Part shown: one piece after another, positions 39,536 to 48,492 of the stretch
Layout: every line of letters begins with the position of its first letter
How positions within the stretch are numbered: the first letter of the stretch is position 1
Assembly (NCBI GenBank): GCA_020348445.1
Contig: CP070751.1
Location: 597,003 to 661,002 of the forward strand
From: Thermoplasmata archaeon
GTDB lineage: Archaea; Thermoplasmatota; Thermoplasmata; GCA-020350865
Direction of reading: 5' to 3'
Length of the DNA: 64,000 nucleotides
Position numbers and translations under genes: made by a program
The notes under the pieces: generated by a model
The model's database searches: none
The model's input: only the letters and a program-made list of their open reading frames with translations
Told to the model about the DNA's origin: nothing

Positions 39536-41368
39536 ATGCTTAACAGGAAACTCGGTGTTGTGGATCTTTCTAAGGGAAAGATCGAAATCCAGGAAGTTTC
39601 AGAATCCCTAAGAAAAGCACTTTTGGGAGGTAGGGGTTTTAACTCGTACTATCTTTGGAATATGGTTCCTGAGGGAATTGACCCCCTCTCCCCAGAAAAT
39701 GTTCTTATCTTTGGTGCAGGTTTTCTTACAGGCACACTTGCTCCATCATCGGGAAGGTTCAACGTATCTGCTAAATCCCCTGAAACCGGATTTCTTGGCG
39801 ACACCAATTGCGGTGGATTCTTTGCACCTGAACTTAGGTACGCTGGTTTTGACAGATTGATTTTAAAGGGCAAGGCCGAAAAACCAAGTTACATATATGT
39901 GGAGGATGGAGCAATCGAAATAAGGGATGCCCAAGATTACTGGGGCCTGGACACATTGGATGTGCAGAAGGCTTTTCGAAAAGACCTTGGTCAGGTGGAG
40001 ATGGCGGTATGCGGTGTGGCAGGAGAGAATTTAGTAAGGTATGCGTGCATCCGAACCGGTATTAAAAATGCAGGGGGTAGGACTGGTATGGGCTGTGTCA
40101 TGGGCTCCAAGAATATCAAGGCTATCGTGGCCCAAGGTACAATAGGGATAGAGATCGCCCATCCTGAGGAGATGCTGAAGACTGTAGAGGAATTAAAAGA
40201 CTACATCATGAAGTCCAAGATCACGCCTATCCTCGGGTCCGTGGGCACACCACTTCTGTATGAAGTGTCCAACGCCTTCGGAGGAATAAGAACAAAAAAC
40301 AGCCAACTCAACGCATGGTCCGATGATTTCAATGCATCAGAAGTTGAAAAATTCGTAGAAAAGATGATTTCATGCTCATCATGTTTTGTTCATTGTAGGC
40401 ACAGAAATACATTGGGAGGAGAGGGGCCCGAGTACACTGCATTGGGCCTTTTGGGCTCCAATATAGGAATGGAGAAACTTGAGGACTGCATCAAAATGCA
40501 GAACCAGGTAAATGATCTTGGACTGGACGTCTCCTCAACTGGAACATATCTTGCTTGGGCAACTGAACTATTTGAAAAAGGCCTGATTGATGAGAAGGTG
40601 ACTGGTGGAATAGACCTGAGCTTCAATGATTTCGAAACCTACACTAAATTAATTGATATGATATCACGCAGGGAAGGTTTTGGTGACATCCTTGCCGAGG
40701 GGCAGTGGGCGGCAGAGAAACTAAATGATCCAAATAGAGATTACCTCATCGCAGTAAAAGGGCTTCCACAATCTGACCCGCATGACGTGAGGTACATGAA
40801 GGCTTTTGCATTGGGCATAGCGACGTCTTCCAGGGGAGCAGATCACTTAAGGAGCAGGCCAACATTGGAGATATTCTTCAAATTACCTCCGGATGTGAGA
40901 AACAAAATCTATGGAGCAGAAATAGCAAACAACCCCATTACACTGGATACCAAGGAGCATGTTGTGTCTTGGTCGGAAAATATCTTTGCGACAATCGATT
41001 GTTTGGGAATGTGCAAGTTCATTTGCCATGGATTCAACAGCCCACATTTCGTGGATTATGACTGGATGCTGAGATTGATCAATGCAGCTTCGGGCTGGGA
41101 CTATACCGATGCTCAACTTAGAGCAGTAGGTCCGAGAGTAATAGATATCGAAAGGCTGTTTAACATGAAGCACGGACTCACAAAGGCCCATGATACTCTT
41201 CCCAAAAAGTACTTTGACGATCCAAGCCCGCTGAAGGTGGCAAAGGGACATCATATAGACAGGGAAGAATTTGCCAAGGCTCTTGATAGGTTCTATGAGG
41301 TGAAGGGTTGGACGCCCCAGGGGAAGGTAAAAGACGACCGCATTGCAGAGCTGGAGGCGATAGCGTGA
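39536..41368 (+). CDS. aor: Tungsten-dependent aldehyde:ferredoxin oxidoreductase family protein
   Basis: LLGGRG, GRTGMGCVMGSKNIKA, CSSCFVHC plus DCLGMC Fe-S ligands; ATG 39536 behind a GAGGTTGA RBS. Confidence 0.9.
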   Translation: MLNRKLGVVDLSKGKIEIQEVSESLRKALLGGRGFNSYYLWNMVPEGIDPLSPENVLIFGAGFLTGTLAPSSGRFNVSAKSPETGFLGDTNCGGFFAPELRYAGFDRLILKGKAEKPSYIYVEDGAIEIRDAQDYWGLDTLDVQKAFRKDLGQVEMAVCGVAGENLVRYACIRTGIKNAGGRTGMGCVMGSKNIKAIVAQGTIGIEIAHPEEMLKTVEELKDYIMKSKITPILGSVGTPLLYEVSNAFGGIRTKNSQLNAWSDDFNASEVEKFVEKMISCSSCFVHCRHRNTLGGEGPEYTALGLLGSNIGMEKLEDCIKMQNQVNDLGLDVSSTGTYLAWATELFEKGLIDEKVTGGIDLSFNDFETYTKLIDMISRREGFGDILAEGQWAAEKLNDPNRDYLIAVKGLPQSDPHDVRYMKAFALGIATSSRGADHLRSRPTLEIFFKLPPDVRNKIYGAEIANNPITLDTKEHVVSWSENIFATIDCLGMCKFICHGFNSPHFVDYDWMLRLINAASGWDYTDAQLRAVGPRVIDIERLFNMKHGLTKAHDTLPKKYFDDPSPLKVAKGHHIDREEFAKALDRFYEVKGWTPQGKVKDDRIAELEAIA

Positions 41369-41820
41369 AATATCTATTCACCTACCCAGAGAAATGCACA
41401 GGATGTAGGCAGTGCTCAATATCATGTGCCCTCAATAAACTTGGGGAATGCAATCCAAAAAAAGGTGCAATCAATGTTCTTAGGGATGAATTTGAGCGCT
41501 ACGAAATCCAGTTCGTTTGCCTTCATTGCGAGGATCCCGAATGTGTTTTGGTATGTATGAAGAGTGCCATAACAAAGGGGGAGGATGGTATAGTCAGGGT
41601 AGACAAAGAAAAATGCATTGGCTGCAGAATGTGCGTGGTAGCCTGTCCCTATGGGGCCATAACATCCTTTGAGGGGGATATCATCAAATGCGACCTGTGT
41701 GACGGGGAACCTGTATGTATAAAATACTGTTCCACTGAAGCTGTGGTATACGAGGAGGAGAACGAGGAGCTAATGGATAGAAGAAAGGAACTGGCAAAGG
41801 TTATTCTGAAGAAAGAATAG
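41365..41820 (+). CDS. 4x[4Fe-4S] electron-transfer subunit (DmsB/CooF-like)
   Basis: CTGCRQCSISC, CLHCEDPECVLVC, CIGCRMCVVACP, CDLCDGEPVCIKYC; GTGA overlap with the aor stop. Confidence 0.88.
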   Translation: MKYLFTYPEKCTGCRQCSISCALNKLGECNPKKGAINVLRDEFERYEIQFVCLHCEDPECVLVCMKSAITKGEDGIVRVDKEKCIGCRMCVVACPYGAITSFEGDIIKCDLCDGEPVCIKYCSTEAVVYEEENEELMDRRKELAKVILKKE

Positions 41821-41926
41821 GGTCGAAATTTCTTATTCCCAAAACCTGCTCACAAACTCATATCCAAGCTTTTTCACTTTTTGAAAAACAAAATAATTAA
41901 ATCAATAACAAAGCTATCCCCAGAAT

Positions 41927-42610
41927 ATGAGAAAGCCAAGCAAAGTCTGGGAGAAGGTGTATCAAATAGGAGGGCCAAGTATGTCCCATGCCCAGGACTG
42001 CATGATTTTTCTTGTGGATATCGGATTCGGCGAGAGCATTTTAATTGACTGCGGAGCAGGCAACAGTTTTGAAACGCTGTTAAAAAATATCAGATCAGTT
42101 GGACTTGAGCCTCAAAGGTTAAAGGCCCTGATTTTAACCCACTGCCACATAGACCATATCGGAGGAACATGGGAATTCAAAGACAAATTTAAAATTAAAA
42201 TAGTGGCACACAAAGAAGATGCAGATGCAATCGAGGGCAAAAACACAAAAAAAACCGCAGCTCTATGGTACGGGGTGGACTATAAACCTGTGTCCGTGGA
42301 TCATATTCTATCTGAAGATCTTGAAACCCTCACATTCGGGGATGTGGATTTTAACTGTCTCCATACACCAGGGCACACTCCAGGTTCGATTTCAGTTTAC
42401 TGCGACATAGAAGGTAAAAGAATACTTTTTGGGCAGGATATTCACGGTCCATTCGACGCCAGCTTCCAATCAAATATCGAGGATTGGAGAAAATCCATGA
42501 AGAAATTGTTGGATTTACAGGCCGATATTCTATGCGAAGGCCATTTTGGTATCTATCGTTCAAAAGAGGATGTAAGAAAATACATCGAAAGTTATCTCAG
42601 AAGGTATTGA
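41927..42610 (+). CDS. Metallo-beta-lactamase fold hydrolase
   Basis: THCHIDHIGG, HTPGHTPGS, CEGH. Confidence 0.88.
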   Translation: MRKPSKVWEKVYQIGGPSMSHAQDCMIFLVDIGFGESILIDCGAGNSFETLLKNIRSVGLEPQRLKALILTHCHIDHIGGTWEFKDKFKIKIVAHKEDADAIEGKNTKKTAALWYGVDYKPVSVDHILSEDLETLTFGDVDFNCLHTPGHTPGSISVYCDIEGKRILFGQDIHGPFDASFQSNIEDWRKSMKKLLDLQADILCEGHFGIYRSKEDVRKYIESYLRRY

Positions 42611-42809
42611 ATTCAAATTTTAAACCATTGGCCTCAAATGAGTTCATAGAATATGTAATGAAAGCGACATTATTAAAATTATTTTTGACATAAAACGCCG
42701 AAATATGTTCCGATATAGTATATATCAGCGAAATATTCAACGAATATCAACAATAGATTTAAATGGTAAAATAATCATACCCAAAGCTAAATCGTAGCGG
42801 TGAGCAACC

Positions 42810-43328
42810 ATGGTAAAACGTAAGTCGAGCAGAGAAAAATCAGAGTTGGCTAGGCGGTGGGAGGGCCTTGATTTGGACCTTCTTCCCATTGATTCGTTGG
42901 ATGTAAACATTCTGGATATTTTGCGTGAAAACTCCAGAACAAGCAACGCCGTGATTGCAAGAATGTTGGGCACAAGTGAAGCCACTATAAGACGCAGGAT
43001 CAAGAACATGATGGACAAGGGAATCATTGTAGGTTTTTCCACTTATATCAATTACTCACTCATAGAGAATCCTGTCAAGGCCTACATACACATAAAGGTC
43101 AGAACAGAAAAAATGGAATCAGTAGTTGATAAGATAAAGTCCCATGATATGCTGTTGGCTTTATACCGTGTTGCAGGGGAGTACGATATACTCTGTGTGA
43201 CAATGTTTTCCTCCATGAATGGCCTGCATGAATTTATCGATTACTTTTTAGGGATCGATGGGATAATAGAGACGAATACGCAGATTGTGATGAAAGCCCA
43301 CAAGGGAGTGCCCTGGACTGGGATTTAA
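42810..43328 (+). CDS. Lrp/AsnC family transcriptional regulator
   Basis: DSLDVNILDILRENSRTSNAVIARMLGTSEATIRRRIKNM; C-terminal RAM domain (VAGEYD). Confidence 0.92.
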   Translation: MVKRKSSREKSELARRWEGLDLDLLPIDSLDVNILDILRENSRTSNAVIARMLGTSEATIRRRIKNMMDKGIIVGFSTYINYSLIENPVKAYIHIKVRTEKMESVVDKIKSHDMLLALYRVAGEYDILCVTMFSSMNGLHEFIDYFLGIDGIIETNTQIVMKAHKGVPWTGI

Positions 43329-43430
43329 GTAAAATTGCTTTATGTTTTCCCTCTATTTAGTGATTGTATTACTAGCTGGATATTTCCTTTTTTATCGGTT
43401 ATTATCGAAAACTTTCAAACAGTCAAAATT

Positions 43431-44465
43431 TTATACCCTTTTTTTCCTCTTTTTTATAACAAATATATAAATCAAGACCAGTATAATAATTCCTATACTT
43501 GATAGAACATATAGGTAAGGAGAAATTTCAATAATCCCATCATTGGATAAATCATATTCAAATACTTCAATCTCCTCCCATTTATTGTTATTATTGTCGA
43601 CCACTTTTACAATAAAAGAATAATTACCACTTCCATCCTCTGATTTATCCCATATAACTCGTAGAATTAAAATACCCTGATCTTGATATTCATACTCAAT
43701 AATCTCAAAATCTACGATATTTTTTCCTGATGGTCCATTAATCAGGACATTATAATCAGCAATATCATATATACCGAATGCATCTGTAATCATCAAATCT
43801 ACCACAGCCTTATTTTTCGTAGTTGTATGATTAAAAATATCGATAGAAATTGGTTTTGTATTAATTGTAAAACGAGAGGGATGATTTGTGCTATTATAGA
43901 GGATTCTCGCTTCTGCTGGTGACTGAGATCCTATAATTCCTACATCTATCCCCATACCAATACAATCTCCTGTATTGAAATATTTTAAATCATCTGGAAG
44001 AACCTCTTCAGAAAGCACACCACTAAACTCCACAGGTTCGTCGAAAACTAAGTTACTACCTATAGTTAGTCCATAGGTTTGTCCCTCTCCACTAGACTTA
44101 TGAATGTTTAGAGAGGCCTGTATAGTAAGATATCTGGGGGAATTGCATACTGCCCATACAGTGATATGAACATCCCCAAAAATTGAGAAACTCGCCTTCA
44201 ACGGATCAGAAAACCAATAATAATAATCCGAAGATTGTAGGGGGTCATTCAGATAATAAATCTGATATTCGTCCGATAATGAAGAAGGAATTGAGGTAGA
44301 AATATTACCTGGAGGATTGGATGGCATGGTTGGATGTAAGCTTCCTCCCTCCCCATAGATATATAAGTTGATATCTTGGGAACCTTCTGAATATTCATCG
44401 GCAATAACTAGAGGAATATTTAATAATATTATTAAACCCAGTCCAAGCACGGTAAGTATTCTCAT
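43431..44465 (-). CDS. AT-rich hypothetical membrane-anchored surface protein
   Basis: Signal peptide, C-terminal TM + KKRKKRV; 344-aa uninterrupted ORF. Confidence 0.65.
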   Translation of the reverse strand: MRILTVLGLGLIILLNIPLVIADEYSEGSQDINLYIYGEGGSLHPTMPSNPPGNISTSIPSSLSDEYQIYYLNDPLQSSDYYYWFSDPLKASFSIFGDVHITVWAVCNSPRYLTIQASLNIHKSSGEGQTYGLTIGSNLVFDEPVEFSGVLSEEVLPDDLKYFNTGDCIGMGIDVGIIGSQSPAEARILYNSTNHPSRFTINTKPISIDIFNHTTTKNKAVVDLMITDAFGIYDIADYNVLINGPSGKNIVDFEIIEYEYQDQGILILRVIWDKSEDGSGNYSFIVKVVDNNNNKWEEIEVFEYDLSNDGIIEISPYLYVLSSIGIIILVLIYIFVIKKRKKRV

Positions 44466-44753
44466 ATCAACACCGCTTAAATCACTCGCACGTTCTTTAA
44501 TGAATTTACAAATTTAAATAACTTTTTCCAATATTTGGGTATTTGTGCCCTCCTGCAACATTATCTTCTCTGAAATGATTTTTAGTTCGTGATTATTAAC
44601 TTCTAAATCTCCCCACTCTAACAAATAAGAATACGTTTTCTTTAAGGGATTTATTTCTTACCTTTAGAGTTATTCATGAATTAAGAGAAACAAACCCACC
44701 CAAAACCTTTTAATTTTTGTAGAACATGCCCGCTTGATTTATGCGGTGATTTC

Positions 44754-46124
44754 TTGGAGCAGGCAATTTTAGAAGAAGGGATAAAGTCTGGTGCTACATA
44801 TTGTGATGTGCGGATCGGGAATATTAAAGGTACATCCATTGAGGTTAAGGATGGCGATTTAAAGAAATCCTCCTCTGGAGAAGAGATGGGTGCGGGCATA
44901 AGGGTACTATACAAGGGTGTATGGGGTTTCTTCTCTACGAACGAGGTATCCAAAGAAAGTTTGAAAAAGGCACTTTATGATGCACTTGAGATGGCAAAAA
45001 GCGGAAGCAGGGTGGCCAAAGAAAGGGTCGAACTTTCCGAGGTAAAAGTCATCCAAAACAAAGTGGTTTGGAAGCCGAAAAATAATCCCCATGATGTACC
45101 GATTGCAGATAAATATAAAATATTGGCTGAGATGGACCGCACAATTCACAAAATCGAAGGCATCCATACTGTAACAACATCATACTCGGACAGCACAATA
45201 GGGACGCACTTCATCAGTTCTGAGGGTGCAGATATATATACCGAGATTACCAGGATCGTAACCCAGGTCAATCTGGTTGCAAGGGAAGGTGCAAAGGTCG
45301 TTGGCTACCGGGGTAGGATAGGGGGAACATGTGGTTTTGAGCTCTTCGATATGCACGATCCTGTGGAGAAAGGTGTTAAGCTTGGAGAATCAGCTGTAAG
45401 GGTTCTTAAAGCAAAGCGCTCTCCCTCTGGTAGGTATCCAGTTGTTGCGGATCATGATCTTACAGGTGTCTTTGTGCATGAAGCTCTCGGACATACAACA
45501 GAAGCTGATCTTGTCACTTCGGGGGATTCAATTCTTGAAGGCCAGATAGGTAATAAGATAGCCCAAGATAATATCACCATTGTAGACGACTCCACCATAG
45601 AACACGCATTCGGTTCATTTCCCTACGATGATGAAGGCACCAAAGGTGAGAGAAAGATTCTCATAAAAGATGGGGTGTTAAAAGGATATATCTTAAACAG
45701 GGAGACAGCGCATAAGCTGGGCATGCGAAGCAACGGCGGTGCAAGAGCAGAATCCTACGCCTCAAGACCTCTTGTAAGGATGAGCAACACCTTCATTGAG
45801 AAGGGAGATTATAGCTTCGAGGAAATACTAAAGGACATAGAATACGGTATCTACGCAAAAGGTACCCGCGGCGGGCAGGTTGATACAGCCAAAGGATCAT
45901 TTCAGTTCAGTGCCCAGGAGGCTTTTTTGATTGAGAAGGGAGAGGTAACCACCCCCCTAAAAGATGTGTCACTTTCTGGCAAGACCCTTCAAACCTTGAT
46001 GAACATAGATGCCGTGGGCAAGGACCTTGCTTTGGGTGATCCTGGTTTCTGCGGGAAGGGGCAACTTGTGCCTGTTGGTGATGGTGGCCCTCATATAAGG
46101 ATTAAGGAAGCAGTTGTGGGATGA
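44754..46124 (+). CDS. tldD: TldD family metalloprotease
   Basis: HEALGHTTEAD (HExxGH), YDDEG, RMSNTFI, RGGQVD, GFCGKGQLVPVGDGGPH. Confidence 0.92.
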   Translation: MEQAILEEGIKSGATYCDVRIGNIKGTSIEVKDGDLKKSSSGEEMGAGIRVLYKGVWGFFSTNEVSKESLKKALYDALEMAKSGSRVAKERVELSEVKVIQNKVVWKPKNNPHDVPIADKYKILAEMDRTIHKIEGIHTVTTSYSDSTIGTHFISSEGADIYTEITRIVTQVNLVAREGAKVVGYRGRIGGTCGFELFDMHDPVEKGVKLGESAVRVLKAKRSPSGRYPVVADHDLTGVFVHEALGHTTEADLVTSGDSILEGQIGNKIAQDNITIVDDSTIEHAFGSFPYDDEGTKGERKILIKDGVLKGYILNRETAHKLGMRSNGGARAESYASRPLVRMSNTFIEKGDYSFEEILKDIEYGIYAKGTRGGQVDTAKGSFQFSAQEAFLIEKGEVTTPLKDVSLSGKTLQTLMNIDAVGKDLALGDPGFCGKGQLVPVGDGGPHIRIKEAVVG

Positions 46125-46128
46125 GGAG

Positions 46129-47484
46129 ATGATGGATACAGCTAAAAAAATAGCGGATCGCGCCCTTGAATTTGGGGCAGACGAGGCCGAGGTTTTTATA
46201 ATCGAAAGTCATTGCCGAGGATTCACAATAGAGAAGAATTCCGTATCCTCCATATCTGGTGGGGTTGATAGAGGAATCGGTATCAGGATTTTAAAGGACA
46301 AGAAACTGGGATTTGCTTACTGCACAGAGGAGAAAGATAATGAAGAAGCCATAAAAAGAGCGTTATCCCTTTCCAAGCTCGGGAAGGAATCTGAGTTCAC
46401 TTTTCCTGAGCCTAAAGATATTAAAAAGATCCATAACTTGTTCGACCAAAGAATTGTTGAGTATCCCACGAAAGAGGCCCTGGAAGGGGCAGTTAATCTT
46501 GTGAAATCCGGACTCGAGGTGGATAAGGATGTTATTGTAACGAGAGGAGGCCTCAGTTACGGTTATGAAAGCTTTGTTGTCGTAAATTCAAAGGGTCTTG
46601 CTGTGGAGGATAAAGGTACAGAGATACATGCCGGTGTCAGCATGGTGCTAAAAAAAGATGGTATCTCCACAGGATTTGAGGATTATTCTTCGAGGATTCT
46701 TGAAATCGATTTCTGTGACTTGGGAAAAAAGTGTGCCGAACTTACAGTAAAAGGCCAGAACGCCAAAAAGATCGAGGACAAGAAGATGACAGTTGTTTTA
46801 ACACCACATGCCTTTGCCAACCTATTGGAGTTTATAACCGCCCCTGCACTTTTGGGCGAGGCAGCCCATAAAAACGAATCAGTATATTCTGGTAAAACGG
46901 GAGAGCAAGTGGCAAGCGAAAAGCTCACTGCAATCGATGACGGCTCCTTTGCTGGGGGGCTCAATTCCGCAATTGTGGATGATGAGGGAGTCCCTTCAAA
47001 AAGGACAGTTCTCATAGACAAGGGGATTTTACAGGGATTCTTGTATTCCCAGGGCAGCGCAATTGAATTCGACAAAGACACAACAGCCAATGCCATGAGA
47101 GCCGAGAGATTTGCCTCGGCAAGGAACTATAAATCACCGCCTGTGGTTAAAGCGAGAAACATCATCGTAGAGGGAGAATGCGAGAAAGTGGATGCCCTAA
47201 TTTCAGAGGTTGACGAGGGTGTTCTGGTGTACGAAGTTCTAGGTGCCCATACTTCCAATCCCGCAAGCGGGGATTTTTCAGTGGAAAGCCCAATACTGTT
47301 TAAGATCGAGCGCGGAGAGATCGTTCATCCCATAAAAAGCGCCATGCTCTCGGGGAACTTCCCAGAGTGTCTGAAGGATGTGCGGGGAATAGGTGACGAT
47401 CATAAATTGGTTTCAGGGGGTCTTACACCTGTAAGTTTCTCTATTCCCACCGTAAGCCTGGGTGGTATGAGGGTTACAGGTTGA
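46129..47484 (+). CDS. pmbA: PmbA/TldE family protein
   Basis: Follows tldD; DDEGVP, GAHTSNPASGDFS; lacks HExxH; start 46129/46132 behind GAGGAG. Confidence 0.9.
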   Translation: MMDTAKKIADRALEFGADEAEVFIIESHCRGFTIEKNSVSSISGGVDRGIGIRILKDKKLGFAYCTEEKDNEEAIKRALSLSKLGKESEFTFPEPKDIKKIHNLFDQRIVEYPTKEALEGAVNLVKSGLEVDKDVIVTRGGLSYGYESFVVVNSKGLAVEDKGTEIHAGVSMVLKKDGISTGFEDYSSRILEIDFCDLGKKCAELTVKGQNAKKIEDKKMTVVLTPHAFANLLEFITAPALLGEAAHKNESVYSGKTGEQVASEKLTAIDDGSFAGGLNSAIVDDEGVPSKRTVLIDKGILQGFLYSQGSAIEFDKDTTANAMRAERFASARNYKSPPVVKARNIIVEGECEKVDALISEVDEGVLVYEVLGAHTSNPASGDFSVESPILFKIERGEIVHPIKSAMLSGNFPECLKDVRGIGDDHKLVSGGLTPVSFSIPTVSLGGMRVTG

Positions 47485-47556
47485 AAATAGAGATATCTCC
47501 ATCCATAATTTTAATAATAGGAATACCGTTTCGGTTTCGAATATCCTGTTTCAATT

Positions 47557-47630
47557 GGGCCTATAGCTTAGACTGGTGGAGCGCCCGGCTGATAACCGGG
47601 AGGTCGAGAGTTCAAATCTCTCTAGGCCCA
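47557..47630 (+). tRNA. tRNA-Ile (anticodon GAT), no intron, CCA not encoded
   Basis: Acceptor GGGCCTA/TAGGCCC+A; D arm GCTT..GAGC; anticodon arm CCCGG-CTGATAA-CCGGG; T arm GAGAG-TTCAAAT-CTCTC. Confidence 0.97.
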
Positions 47631-47644
47631 CTTACCTTTTATAT

Positions 47645-47940
47645 TAAATTGATTCGTGGGCCTATTGATGTTCGAGTTATGCTAGAGATCGCTAAGTCTT
47701 AAGCTCGAACATCTCTAGGCCATAAATTAAGGATGGTGTTCTGAGCATCTCTAGGCCTCTGGTTATCAATTCAATCAAATTAATACGTGGGCCTATTGAC
47801 GCTCAGGTTATGCTAGAGGTTGCTATTTCTTAAACCTGAGCATCTCTAGGCCCACAAGAATTAAGAATGGTGTGCTGAGCATCTCTAGGCCCCCAAGAAT
47901 TAAGAATGGCGTGCTGAGCATCTCTAGGCCCTTGGTTATC
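47645..47940 (+). repeat. tRNA-associated repeat array: two acceptor-stem-capped hairpins plus short repeats ending in the tRNA 3'-end motif
   Basis: Hairpins 47658-47721 and 47789-47854 (131-bp period); ctgagcatctctaggcc(c) at 47741, 47836, 47875 and 47914, with a variant ending at 47721. Confidence 0.9.
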
Positions 47941-48033
47941 TAAAGACATGAATAAGCCCCCTCCGAAAAATATATAAAGGGGGAGCAGATATATAATAGG
48001 GACAGCCGAAAAAGCATAACAACACTACTTTCA

Positions 48034-48125
48034 GAGAGGCAGTGTGAGATAGCCTGCCAAACTGTTTAGGGGCGGAGCTACAAGGATTATCGAATATCTA
48101 TTCGAGTTGTTAAATCACTGCTCTC
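48034..48125 (+). ncRNA. Candidate structured cis-regulatory leader (three-way junction)
   Basis: P1 GAGAG(G)CAGTG/CACTGCTCTC encloses P2 (48050-58/48071-80) and P3 (TCGAAT/ATTCGA); pairing found by eye, family not recognised. Confidence 0.45.
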
Positions 48126-48142
48126 ATGTTGAGTACATAGGG

Positions 48143-48162
48143 TTTCTGATTTAAATCAGAAA
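48143..48162. promoter_or_regulatory. Perfect 20-bp palindrome (candidate operator or hairpin)
   Basis: TTTCTGATTTAAATCAGAAA equals its own reverse complement. Confidence 0.55.
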
Positions 48163-48191
48163 GCGAATTCGTGCTAAAAGGAGGTTAAAAT

Positions 48192-48380
48192 ATGTCAATA
48201 TTAGCTCCAGCAAAGATGAGGCTATGGATTGAACTGTGGAAGGAGGAAGTGATGGCCTCGATTCCAAAAGAAGAATTACAGCAAAAATTTCAAGGTAAGC
48301 AGATTAAAAAAGGACGAATGCCCACTAAGCCACCCGAGAAGATCCAAGCTAAACTCGAGGGAGGAGGCCAAGTTTTGTAG
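48192..48380 (+). CDS. Small Lys-rich ORF upstream of the KamA-family gene (possible leader peptide)
   Basis: Strong RBS AGGAGGT before ATG 48192; second RBS AGGAGG before ATG 48252; no recognisable family. Confidence 0.4.
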   Translation: MSILAPAKMRLWIELWKEEVMASIPKEELQQKFQGKQIKKGRMPTKPPEKIQAKLEGGGQVL

Positions 48381-48492
48381 TTGGGCTATTATCGCCAATC
48401 CTTGGTTGGCTTTGTTTCCAAGGCAATCGTAGAATAGACAACAGTATCGATAAATGCAATACGATTTAAATCCGTGGGGGGAGTGAATCGTT

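Noticed and set aside
47658-47854. Additional tRNA genes or split-tRNA halves
   Set aside because: Only the acceptor stem is tRNA-like; there is no D loop, anticodon arm or TTC T-loop, and no bulge-helix-bulge motif was seen.
47645-47940. CRISPR array interpretation of the repeats behind tRNA-Ile
   Set aside because: The intervening sequences are near-identical to each other rather than unique spacers, the period is irregular (36, 39 and 131 bp), and there are no cas genes in the window.
48034-48190. Lysine riboswitch, RNase P RNA or SRP RNA
   Set aside because: Hallmark motifs were not found by eye (AGAGGUGC plus loop-E AGUA; GAGGAAAGUCC; the SRP helix-8 GGAAGG/AGCA context). An Rfam search would be decisive.
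48255-48432. Frameshifted, selenocysteine or pyrrolysine read-through product in the alternative frame (WPRFQKK...ECPLSHP...FCSWAIIANPW)
   Set aside because: No start codon or RBS in that frame, several upstream stops, no slippery site or SECIS recognised; TAG read-through of the small ORF adds only 18 residues.
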